DNA of 64,000 bases from Phycisphaerae bacterium (lineage in GTDB: Bacteria; Planctomycetota; Phycisphaerae; Phycisphaerales; UBA1924): assembly GCA_041485385.1 (NCBI GenBank), contig JBGPJM010000001.1, positions 421-64,420 of the forward strand, given 5' to 3'. The notes under the pieces are model-generated. The model saw only the letters and a list, made by a program, of their open reading frames with translations. It ran no database searches and was not told the origin of the DNA. Each line of letters begins with the position of its first letter. Position 1 is the stretch's first letter. Below, piece after piece: positions 1-7,767 of this stretch. The translations under genes were made by a program, and so were the position numbers.

Positions 1-1193
1 TCGGCGCGCCAGGATTCGACGTTGCCCTGCGGGTCGATGCCGGTGCCGACGATCACGCGGCCACTCGCCGAGATACCCCGAGCCTCGCTGAGCGTCCAGC
101 CGGTCAGGTTGATCCCGAGGTCGGTGAGGACGACCGTGAGGTCGCGCATGCCGTGCTGGGCGTCCCAGATGAACGCGCGCCCGGCGGTCTGGCACCCGAA
201 AGGCCCGCACGGGCCGAGCACCCCGGCGCGGCCGACGACAATCGAGCCGTCGGCGCTCGTCGCGTACGCCGCGCTCAGGAACCCGCCGCCGGGCAGGTCG
301 CCCAAGGGCTGCATCCCGCCACCGCCGCCCGCCGGCTGTGTCCAGCGGAATGCCTCCCAGCCGTTGGTCGGGGCCGCGGCGGTGGAGCGGCTGAGGCCGA
401 CGATGACCGAGCCGTCGCTGCTGGTGCCGTAGGCCTCGGAGAAGGGGGTGACGCCGACGGGCGTGGGGAGGTAGCCCAGGGGCTGCATGCCTGCTTGCGA
501 GTTCCAGCCGAAGGCCTGGGTGCCGTCGGCCGCGGCGGAGCTGCCGACGATCGTGAGGCCATCGGCGCTGATGCCGTAGCCGGAGCTGCCGAAGGGGCCG
601 CCGGGCAGGTCGCCGAGGCCCAGGAAGAGCGCATCGGCGGTGGTGTAGCGGAAGGCCTCGCTGCCGGAGTCGGATTCGCCGCTGCCGGCGAGGACGGCGC
701 CATCGGCGGAGACGCCGCGGGCCTCGGCGCGGGCCGAGCCGGAGGGCCCGCCGGGGAGGTCGCCGATCTCCTGGACGCCGGCCTCCTGGGTCCAGATGAA
801 GGCGACGATCTGCGTGGGGGAGAGGACGCCGTAGTCGGCGCCGCCGCCGACGACCGAGCCATCGGCGCTGGCGGCGTAGGCGCGGCAGATGCTGCCGATG
901 TTGCCGACGTCGTAGATGTTCACGAGGCCGGATTGGGCGGTCCAGCGGAAGGCGGCGTAGGTGCCGCCGAAGAGGATGTTGCCGTTGATGATGCTGGCGC
1001 CGACGACGGTGGAGCCGTCGGCGGAGACGCCCCAGGCCTCGCTGTGGAAGGAGCCGCCGGGGAGATCGCCTAGGGGTGTGAAGGAGGGCTGGGCGAGGGC
1101 GGGGGTCGCGGTGAGCATGGGGAGCACGGGGCCCGCGACCGACGCGGCCAGGATGGCGCATAGGGCGGACGCGCGGGGTACGTATGACGGCAT
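1..1193 (-). CDS. HAF-family extracellular repeat protein, N-terminal ~397 aa (gene runs off the left edge)
   Basis: Missing from the ORF track because no stop lies in the window. Minus-strand ATG at 1193-1191, in the frame that reopens after the stop at 1221-1223. My translation is MPSYVPRASALCAILAASVAGPVLPMLTATPALAQPSFTPLGDLPGGSFHSEAWGVSADGSTVVG... and stays open to base 1. It shows a signal peptide followed by repeated GDLPGG ... A-x-G-(V/I)-S-A-D-G-x-x-(V/I)-V-G ... AF(R/I)W units typical of HAF repeats. Confidence 0.75.
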   Translation of the reverse strand, partial: MPSYVPRASALCAILAASVAGPVLPMLTATPALAQPSFTPLGDLPGGSFHSEAWGVSADGSTVVGASIINGNILFGGTYAAFRWTAQSGLVNIYDVGNIGSICRAYAASADGSVVGGGADYGVLSPTQIVAFIWTQEAGVQEIGDLPGGPSGSARAEARGVSADGAVLAGSGESDSGSEAFRYTTADALFLGLGDLPGGPFGSSGYGISADGLTIVGSSAAADGTQAFGWNSQAGMQPLGYLPTPVGVTPFSEAYGTSSDGSVIVGLSRSTAAAPTNGWEAFRWTQPAGGGGGMQPLGDLPGGGFLSAAYATSADGSIVVGRAGVLGPCGPFGCQTAGRAFIWDAQHGMRDLTVVLTDLGINLTGWTLSEARGISASGRVIVGTGIDPQGNVESWRA

Positions 1194-1243
1194 GATGGGC
1201 TCCTCGGGCTGCTGGGCAGTTTACCTGAGGAGGGTGGAGAGGA

Positions 1244-1298
1244 GTGAGCAGAAAGCAGTAGGCAGTGAGCAGAAGAGGGAGAGGGAGGGGACGAGGGG
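1244..1298. repeat. Short fragment homologous to the heptamer/G-rich block of the 1.15-kb element
   Basis: gtgagca gaaagca gtaggca gtgagca gaagagggagagggaggggacgagggg aligns with 11802-11880 (gtgagca gtaagca gtgagca ... gaagaggggag...gaggggacgagaaggg). Confidence 0.6.
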
Positions 1299-1521
1299 AT
1301 AGGAGAAGGCGAGGACTCCGGGCGAAAGCCCGGAGCCACAAACCAACGACCCCGGCTCATCCGGTGGGGGGAGTGAGCCGGGGCCGCCTGGGTGCGTTGA
1401 AGCCCGGTAGCGATCGGGAGCGGGAACAAACTCTCTCCGCATGCAGCGGATCAAGGCCCGCCCGGCGATCACCGGCCGCGCTTCAACCGATCTCATGAGG
1501 GTCAGCCCTGCGCGCGGGGCG

Positions 1522-1734
1522 TCAGTCGTCGCGGTGCTCGCAGCTCCTGGCGAACTCGTCGACTTCCTTCTTCACTTCGTCCTTGGTCTTGCCGTAGACG
1601 CGCTGGATCGTCCCCTCGAGCTGCTCGCGCTTGCCATCGATCACGTCCAGCTCATCGTTGGTTATACGGCCCCACTTCTCGTGGACCTTGCCTTTGATTT
1701 CCTTCCAACTGCCCGCGATGATGTCCCAGTCCAT
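1522..1734 (-). CDS. CsbD-family stress-response protein
   Basis: 70 aa, MDWDIIAGSWKEIKGKVHEKWGRITNDELDVIDGKREQLEGTIQRVYGKTKDEVKKEVDEF. This is the classic CsbD pattern (W..KG..KE.WG.LTDD.L....GK...L.G.IQ..YG). Confidence 0.9.
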   Translation of the reverse strand: MDWDIIAGSWKEIKGKVHEKWGRITNDELDVIDGKREQLEGTIQRVYGKTKDEVKKEVDEFARSCEHRDD

Positions 1735-1855
1735 GAGCTTGCTCCTTGTGAACGTGCGGGGCGGGTGCCCCGCCGGCCGGTTCCTTGGTCACAAGAAGCT
1801 TCGCCGGTGCTCGTGAGTCGCCGCTGAATATGCTGTGAACCCGGTCTGAAACGCC

Positions 1856-1887
1856 GGGGGACTGGGGGACGGGGAGACGGGGGGAGG
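1856..1887. repeat. G-tract block (gggggactgggggacggggagacggggggagg)
   Basis: Same GGGGAGAC/GGGGGAC words as at 10762-10840 and 3275-3328. Lies between the csbD start and the plsC-like stop. Confidence 0.6.
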
Positions 1888-1902
1888 CTCTCACCTTCTC
1901 CC

Positions 1903-2577
1903 TCACCCTCTCACCCCCCCGGCCATCCGCTCGCTCAGCTCACCGTGCAGCGCCACCAGCGCCTCCACCAGCTGTTCCTCGAGTTGCTCGGGCTCCAGGC
2001 CCGGGGGGAGCGCCCGGCCGTAGATCACGCCGTAGCGGACTCGGCGCAGGGGAAGCCAGCTCCGGAAGCGGTAGTACGCCTGCGAGTTGATCACCACGCA
2101 CGGCACGACCGGGACCCCCCCTCCACCCCCTCCGGCCGCCCCCCCCGCCCCCCCCGCCAAGCGCGCGATGCGCCCCACGCCCGGGCGGATCCGCCGGCTG
2201 TGCACGACCGAGGCCTCGCCCTCGCGGATCGCCCCCTCCGGGAACATCGCCACGGCCCGCCCGCGCTCGAGGCGGTCGAGGATGATCCGCACGGTCTTGC
2301 TGTCCGGGCGCGAGCGGTCGAGCGGGAACGCGTTCAGCGAGCCGTAGAACCACCCCAGCAGCGGCTTGCGGAAGACCTCGACGATGCTGACGAAATCCAG
2401 CAGGCGCGGCGTGTGGCGGATGAGCAGCGGGACGTCGTAGGGACTCTGGTGCGTGGAAGCGATGATGCACGCGCCGCTGGCCGGCACGTGCTCGCTCCCG
2501 ATCACCACGGGCACGCTGCTGATGATGAAGGCCCCGCGGCCGACGAACCGCACCACCCTGTAGAAGGCGTCGCTCAT
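1903..2577 (-). CDS. 1-acyl-sn-glycerol-3-phosphate (lysophospholipid) acyltransferase, PlsC family
   Basis: 224 aa. HX4D motif in IIASTHQSPYDVPLL, FPEG motif in AMFPEGAIREG, plus a glycine-rich insertion. Family-level call only. Confidence 0.8.
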   Translation of the reverse strand: MSDAFYRVVRFVGRGAFIISSVPVVIGSEHVPASGACIIASTHQSPYDVPLLIRHTPRLLDFVSIVEVFRKPLLGWFYGSLNAFPLDRSRPDSKTVRIILDRLERGRAVAMFPEGAIREGEASVVHSRRIRPGVGRIARLAGGAGGAAGGGGGGVPVVPCVVINSQAYYRFRSWLPLRRVRYGVIYGRALPPGLEPEQLEEQLVEALVALHGELSERMAGGVRG

Positions 2578-2581
2578 GGGT

Positions 2582-3253
2582 TTAGGGAACCTGCTCGTCC
2601 TTCAGGCCGGTCTCCTGCAACAGGTGCTGGTACGTCCGGACGAACTCCGCTTGCAGCCGGGCGGCCATCTCGGCCCGGTCCGCCCGGCGCGAGGGCCCCC
2701 GCGCCGGCGGCAGCACGTCGCGTCCGAAGGCCATCCAGATGCGCCCGCTTCGGATCGGCAGCCAGGGGCGGATGTGGTTGAGCTTCTCGGTCCCCAGCAC
2801 CACGACCGGTACGACCGGCGCCCGCGTCGCGACCGCGATCGTGCAGACGCCCTGCTTGATCGGGGCCCCCCGCAGGACCGAGAGCCGCCCCTGCACGACG
2901 CCCCCCTCGGGGAAGATCCCCACCAGGTGGCCGCCGTCCACGAGCCGGATCGCCGTCCGCACCGCGGGGAGCGACTGCCCGAAGCGGTCGATCGGGAACG
3001 CCCCGCCGAGGTTGAGGATGGCCGCGCCAAGGCGCCAGCGGTAGAACTCGATGCGGGCCATCCAGCGCACCTGGCGGCGGACGGCCTCGCTGATCAGGAA
3101 CGGCTCGACGTGGCTGAGGTGCGTGCAGGCGAGGATGAGGCCGCCGCCTGCCGGGGGGTGGGCCCGTTCACGGTCAAGAACGGTCTGGCGGATGCACAGG
3201 CGCCTAACGCACTTGCCCATCATCACCGAGGATCGATAGAAGAGCTCGCCCAT
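2582..3253 (-). CDS. PlsC-family acyltransferase paralogue (HX4E variant)
   Basis: 223 aa. ACTHLSHVEPFLISE (H-x4-E where HX4D is expected) and GIFPEGGVVQG. Sits 4 nt downstream of the previous paralogue on the minus strand. Confidence 0.75.
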   Translation of the reverse strand: MGELFYRSSVMMGKCVRRLCIRQTVLDRERAHPPAGGGLILACTHLSHVEPFLISEAVRRQVRWMARIEFYRWRLGAAILNLGGAFPIDRFGQSLPAVRTAIRLVDGGHLVGIFPEGGVVQGRLSVLRGAPIKQGVCTIAVATRAPVVPVVVLGTEKLNHIRPWLPIRSGRIWMAFGRDVLPPARGPSRRADRAEMAARLQAEFVRTYQHLLQETGLKDEQVP

Positions 3254-3274
3254 GCGTTGCGCCGATGATACGGC

Positions 3275-3328
3275 GGGTGGGGGGGACGGGGAGGGTGAAG
3301 GCGTGAAGGCGTGAAGGCGGGGAGACGG
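3275..3328. repeat. G-tract block plus (GTGAAGGC)x3 tandem repeat
   Basis: gggtgggggggacggggagg followed by gtgaaggc x3 (3295-3318) and ggggagacgg. Lies in the divergent intergenic region between 3253 (minus start) and 3400 (plus start). Confidence 0.7.
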
Positions 3329-3399
3329 ACGCGGCCGCGGCGCGGTGTGGCCTCTGGGTGGGCGGGGGCCAAGGATTGCCCATCAGGAGGGACCAGCCG

Positions 3400-4383
3400 A
3401 TGACGTTCACTCGCCGCGATGTGGTGCGTGCCCTGACCGTGTCCGCCGCCGTGGGGGGCCTGGCGCCCCTTGTGAAGGCGGGCCACCAGACCCAACGCGC
3501 CGCCGGCGCCGCGCCCGGCCTAGACCAACCGGCGGAGAAGCGGCCCGACGACAGCGCCGCCGTCCCCGCCGTCTTCCGCCGCCGGATCCCGAAGACCGGT
3601 GAGCTAATCCCCGCCATCGGCATGGGCACCTGGAGCACGTTCGACGTCGACCCCGACGGCGATCTCGCGGGCCTCGCCGAGGTCATGCGGACGTTCCTGA
3701 ACGCCGGCGGCTCGGTCATAGATTCCTCGCCGATGTACCGGCGGTCGGAGGAGGTTGTCGGGCGCGTCCTCGCCCTGGTCGGGCGGACCGACCTTTTCTA
3801 CGCCACCAAGGTCTGGACCGACAAGGGGCGCGACGCGGGCATCGAGCAGATGAGCACGTCCATGCGGCACATGGGCGCCAAGGTCATGGACCTCATGCAG
3901 GTCCACAACCTCGTGGACTACAAGACCCACCTGCCCACGCTCCGCGAATGGAAGGCCGCCGGGAAGATCCGCTACCTGGGCATCACCGAGATGCGCGACT
4001 TCGAGACCGTCGAGCGGCTCATGCGCGAGGAGAAGGTCGACTTCATCCAGATTCCGTACTCGATCGACGACCGGCGCGTGGAGGACCGTGTCCTTCCGGC
4101 CGCGGCGGAGACGGGCACCGCGGTGCTGGTCATGCGCCCCTTCGGGGCCGGCAAGCTGTTCGACAAGGTCAAGGACCGAGCCGTGCCGACGTGGGCGGCG
4201 GAGTTCGACTGCGCATCGTGGGCGCAGTTCTTCCTCAAGTTCCTCCTCGCCCACCCGGCGGTGACGTGCCCGATCCCCGCGACCCGAAACCCGAAGCACA
4301 TGGCCGACAACATGCGGGGCGGATCGGGGCGGCTGCCGGACGAGGCGATGCGGAAGAAGATGGTGGCGGAGCTGGGGGCGTAG
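3400..4383 (+). CDS. Aldo/keto reductase with twin-arginine (Tat) signal peptide
   Basis: ORF 3358..4383. I prefer the ATG at 3400, preceded by AGGAGG at 3385-3390. N-terminus is MTFTRRDVVRALTVSAAVGG (Tat-like RR motif). The body has AKR-like IPAIGMGTW...YRRSEEVVG...VHNL...IRYLGI. Confidence 0.8.
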   Translation: MTFTRRDVVRALTVSAAVGGLAPLVKAGHQTQRAAGAAPGLDQPAEKRPDDSAAVPAVFRRRIPKTGELIPAIGMGTWSTFDVDPDGDLAGLAEVMRTFLNAGGSVIDSSPMYRRSEEVVGRVLALVGRTDLFYATKVWTDKGRDAGIEQMSTSMRHMGAKVMDLMQVHNLVDYKTHLPTLREWKAAGKIRYLGITEMRDFETVERLMREEKVDFIQIPYSIDDRRVEDRVLPAAAETGTAVLVMRPFGAGKLFDKVKDRAVPTWAAEFDCASWAQFFLKFLLAHPAVTCPIPATRNPKHMADNMRGGSGRLPDEAMRKKMVAELGA

Positions 4384-4428
4384 CTCTCGCGATCTTGAGA
4401 GGCGCGCAGAGGCAGGGGCGGGACGCGA

Positions 4429-4866
4429 ATGGACGGCAACAAACCAGAGCAAACGCCGGCTCAGGAACGACCATCGTCATCCAAACACCTGCTATCGCTC
4501 GCCGCGATCATTGCCTTGGTCTTCCTGGCGTTGGCGATCGTCGTTGCTCGGAGGGGCATGCATGAACCGACCTTGGTGGAATCGAGAAGCGATCTTGAGG
4601 CGAATGTTGGGCGGGTCGTGAGGTTCTCAGGCCGCGCGAGCATGGAGCCGCTCGGAGCAATACTGACGAACGACGACGGCTGCTTCGTCTTGATTCTGCC
4701 GACGCCGAGATGGTCCATGGCGACTGAAGGGCAATGGATGGTGGCAACGGGGCGCCTGGTCATGTCAGGTCCGGTGCCACCGGAGATCCCCAGACACCTA
4801 ATCGACCCGAATACCCTGGATGAATTCTTCATCCTTCGAGGTGCCGAGTGCGAGCCGTTGAAATAG
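4429..4866 (+). CDS. Hypothetical membrane-anchored protein
   Basis: 145 aa with one N-terminal TM helix (LLSLAAIIALVFLALAIVVA). No family recognised. Visibly lower GC than its neighbours. Confidence 0.5.
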   Translation: MDGNKPEQTPAQERPSSSKHLLSLAAIIALVFLALAIVVARRGMHEPTLVESRSDLEANVGRVVRFSGRASMEPLGAILTNDDGCFVLILPTPRWSMATEGQWMVATGRLVMSGPVPPEIPRHLIDPNTLDEFFILRGAECEPLK

Positions 4867-4909
4867 AGCGCGGAACCGGTATGCAGATACGTGCGCAGGC
4901 GGCCGAACG

Positions 4910-5395
4910 TCAGTCCTTGCGCTCGTGGCAGCACCGGTCGATCACGATCGCCGCGGCGAGGATCGTTACCTCGTCCTGCCCCGGCGCGATGTCCACGCCG
5001 TATGTATCCGTCAGCGCGAACCACCGCTTGCTCACCGTTGCCACCGCACGCCCGCTCTCGGTCCTGAACTCGTACTCGTGATCGAGGAAATCGCCCGCGG
5101 CCTCCAGATCGTCCGGCCCGGGCACATCCACGGTGAACTTGCACCGCAGGAGGGTGAACAGGTGCTTGTGGACGCTCGTGACGCGCCCGGCCCGCTCGAT
5201 CTGGTACGTCGGCCCCAGCGAGAGCAGCCGCCGGTGGATCCGGGCCAGCTCGTTCCCCTGCATGTCCTGGAAGCTCAGCGCATCGCGGATGGTCAGGACC
5301 TTGCCGTCGACGAAGTACACGTCGCGCCCGTGCTCGTCGCGGATCGTGAAGTCGTCGCCGAAGGAGAGGAGCCTCTGTCGAAGGATGTACCGCAT
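4910..5395 (-). CDS. LURP-one-related (DUF567, tubby C-terminal-like) family protein
   Basis: Internal ATG at 5395 of ORF 4910..5506. MRYILRQRLLSFGDDFTIRDEHGRDVYFVDGKVLTIRDALSFQDMQGNELARIHRRLLSLGPTYQIE...FTVDVPGPDDLEAAGDFLDHEY matches the bacterial LURP-one-related consensus closely. Confidence 0.88.
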   Translation of the reverse strand: MRYILRQRLLSFGDDFTIRDEHGRDVYFVDGKVLTIRDALSFQDMQGNELARIHRRLLSLGPTYQIERAGRVTSVHKHLFTLLRCKFTVDVPGPDDLEAAGDFLDHEYEFRTESGRAVATVSKRWFALTDTYGVDIAPGQDEVTILAAAIVIDRCCHERKD

Positions 5396-5564
5396 GCCGG
5401 TCTCCGGCCCGCCCCCCAACCCCGCCCGGGGGGATTGTTCCGCGGCCGGCGCCCCGGGTTTCGCGCGGGGCGGCGCGGTCGTGCGACGCGGAAACAAAGC
5501 CACCACCGGCGTCGATCACGCCGGTGGTGGCATCAGAGGGTCAATCAGGGAATACGCGTGCCGC

Positions 5565-6404
5565 TCAGCCGCCGCCGCCACCGGGGCCGGGGCCGGGGCC
5601 GCCGCCGTCCGGGCCGCGCCCGCCGCCGGGGCGACCGCCGCCGCGCATCGATTCCTGGAACTTGGTGAACTGCTCCGCGGTGAGGACCTTCTTCATCGCG
5701 TCGGTGAGCTTGGTGCGCGACTCCTGCATCGCGGTGCGCATCGCCTCGCGGTCGGCGTCGGGGCCGCCGCCGCGGGCCTTGGCCTGCGCGACGACGAAGT
5801 CCTCGATCGCGTCGAGCGCCGTCTGCTGCTTGCCCGCTTCGAGCTTGAAGCCGGCCACGGCGTCGGCCATAGTGTCCCACTGGCGGTTGAACGTCCCCAG
5901 CGACGCGACGGCCTTGGTCGTCTGCTCGGGCGTGAGCGTGGAGCCCAGCGTCTTCTCGAGCTTGCCCCGGTCGGCCTTGTTCAGATCCTCCATCGCCTTC
6001 ATCGCCTCGGGACCCATCCCGCCCCGCCCGGGACGCTGGTTGTCGTCCCCGCCGGCATCGCGGGCCTTCTTCATGAGGTCCTCGCGCAGCTTGTCCGCGG
6101 CGGCGTCATGAGTCGTGCGGGCCTCGGAATACGCCTTCACCACCGCGGTGGTCTGCTCCGCCTTCACGCCCAGCCGCTTGCTCACACCGGTGGCCTGCAG
6201 CTCCCACGCCGCCTTGGCCTTCTCCGGCGAGAGCGCCTGAGGTCGCTGCGGGCCGGCGCCGTCGGGGCGCGGCTGCCGATTCGCGGGCGCCGCCGGGGCG
6301 GGGGGGGCTCCCTCCTTGGGCTTGGGTGGGGTGTTCTGCGCCGAGGCCGCGAAGGCCATGGCGCCAACCGCAACACTACAGATGACTGTTTTCAACGTTC
6401 GCAT
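5565..6404 (-). CDS. Secreted protein with LTxxQ motifs (Spy/CpxP-like, tentative) and Gly/Pro-rich tail
   Basis: 279 aa. Signal peptide MRTLKTVICSVAVGAMAFAASAQ, helical body with LTPEQ and LTAEQ motifs, C-terminal GGGRPGGGRGPDGGGPGPGPGGGGG. The family call is weak. Confidence 0.65.
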   Translation of the reverse strand: MRTLKTVICSVAVGAMAFAASAQNTPPKPKEGAPPAPAAPANRQPRPDGAGPQRPQALSPEKAKAAWELQATGVSKRLGVKAEQTTAVVKAYSEARTTHDAAADKLREDLMKKARDAGGDDNQRPGRGGMGPEAMKAMEDLNKADRGKLEKTLGSTLTPEQTTKAVASLGTFNRQWDTMADAVAGFKLEAGKQQTALDAIEDFVVAQAKARGGGPDADREAMRTAMQESRTKLTDAMKKVLTAEQFTKFQESMRGGGRPGGGRGPDGGGPGPGPGGGGG

Positions 6405-6545
6405 GTGCCGACTCCGAATAAAAACCTATCAAACGATCCCCGGACGTAGCGGTTAACACCGCTCCCGGAAGGCTCAACGTGCCAACCCGTTGGTTATTCC
6501 ACCTTCCGGCCCGCTCGGACCACAACGGCGAGCGCCGACCCCGTC

Positions 6546-7535
6546 TCATCCCGCGCGCTTGAACAGGTCCAGGAACCGGTCCTCGTACTGCTTGAACACC
6601 GTCAGCCGATCCAGCTCCTCTTTCAGCGGCATCGCCTTCGACCGGTCACGCCGAGCCTCCTCGAACATCCTCTCGATCCGCTCGCGCGTCGTGTAATCCG
6701 GACCAGGCTGGCCGGGGCCTTCGTCTTCGGATGATTCGGCCGCCGCTTCATCCCGCTCGGGCGCCCGCTCCGGCTTCAGCTCCGACTCCTCGTCCGGATC
6801 CTGCCCCTCGCGCTGCTGCTCGGCCGCGTGCTTGGCCTTCTCGAGGATCTCCAGCAGCACGCGATCCATCGCGGCGATGTGCGGCGCCAGCCCGTCCAGG
6901 CTGATGTCGATCCCCGCGATCACGCTGAACACACTCAGCACGGCCCGCGCCGCCTTCGGGTTCGGCACGCCCCCCGCATAGAACGGGATCTCGCCCAACA
7001 GGCACAGCCCCGGCACGCCGCAATCGATCCCGGCCCCCAGGAGCACGCCGTTGAGCCCGCCGATCTGGCCCTCTTCGAGCGGCTGGACCTCCGCCCGCTT
7101 CAGGTCCGCCAGCGTGGTCTCCCCGGTCGCCGCGCCGAAGACTCGCGGGTCGCCGGTGGGGTGCAGGGCTGTCGACATCGACGCGAACGTCACCATTCGT
7201 TCCGCCCCCATCTCCACGGCCCGGCCCAAGAGCTCGTGGGCGTACCCGTACGTCCCCGCGCCCGGCTGCGCCTCGCCCAGGAACACGATCAGGTCCCGCC
7301 CCGGCCCCGGGTTCTTCCACCGGAAGAACAACCCGCGCGGCAACCGCGGCGGCGCGATCATGCCTCGCCGCACCTCCACGTGCTGCACGTCGAAGTGATC
7401 CGGTGAAGCAAGTTCGCCCGCCGGCTCCATCTGCAGTTGCTGCACCAGGTACCCCGCCGCAACCACCGCTACGTTCCCCATTCCGGGCCACGCCGCGATC
7501 AACCATGGCTTCAATGTCTTCGTGTTGTTGACCAT
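6546..7535 (-). CDS. PAC2 (proteasome-assembly-chaperone-like) family protein
   Basis: Start moved to M30 (MVNNTKTLKPWLIAAWPGMGNVAVVAAGYL) of ORF 6546..7622. PAC2-like core followed by an acidic linker and a conserved helical tail. Family call from memory of the N-terminal G-x-G-N-V pattern. Confidence 0.6.
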   Translation of the reverse strand: MVNNTKTLKPWLIAAWPGMGNVAVVAAGYLVQQLQMEPAGELASPDHFDVQHVEVRRGMIAPPRLPRGLFFRWKNPGPGRDLIVFLGEAQPGAGTYGYAHELLGRAVEMGAERMVTFASMSTALHPTGDPRVFGAATGETTLADLKRAEVQPLEEGQIGGLNGVLLGAGIDCGVPGLCLLGEIPFYAGGVPNPKAARAVLSVFSVIAGIDISLDGLAPHIAAMDRVLLEILEKAKHAAEQQREGQDPDEESELKPERAPERDEAAAESSEDEGPGQPGPDYTTRERIERMFEEARRDRSKAMPLKEELDRLTVFKQYEDRFLDLFKRAG

Positions 7536-7767
7536 ACCCCCATCGCGGCAAGCCGCGTGCCACGCGAGGGCGCCCCAACCGTGCCCGCAACTGCCCCCCG
7601 CGGCTGTCAACATGGCAGGCACGCACCCAGCATGCCAGAACCCGCCCCAATCAAGGATGCTCGCTCTTCACCCTCGCCCTCGAACCGCCGATCTGGAAAC
7701 GGATTCTCGCTCGTTCTCCTCCGCCGCCGACCCGGCCTCGATCTAGCATCCCGGCCCGGCGTCGCCC

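Noticed and set aside
153-1073. Long plus-strand ORFs (153..1073, 22..432) and a minus-strand ORF (275..862) at the left edge
   Set aside because: Their Ala/Gly/Arg/Pro-dominated products are typical of wrong frames in high-GC DNA. The real gene here is the unlisted minus-strand HAF-repeat gene (1..1193) in a different frame.
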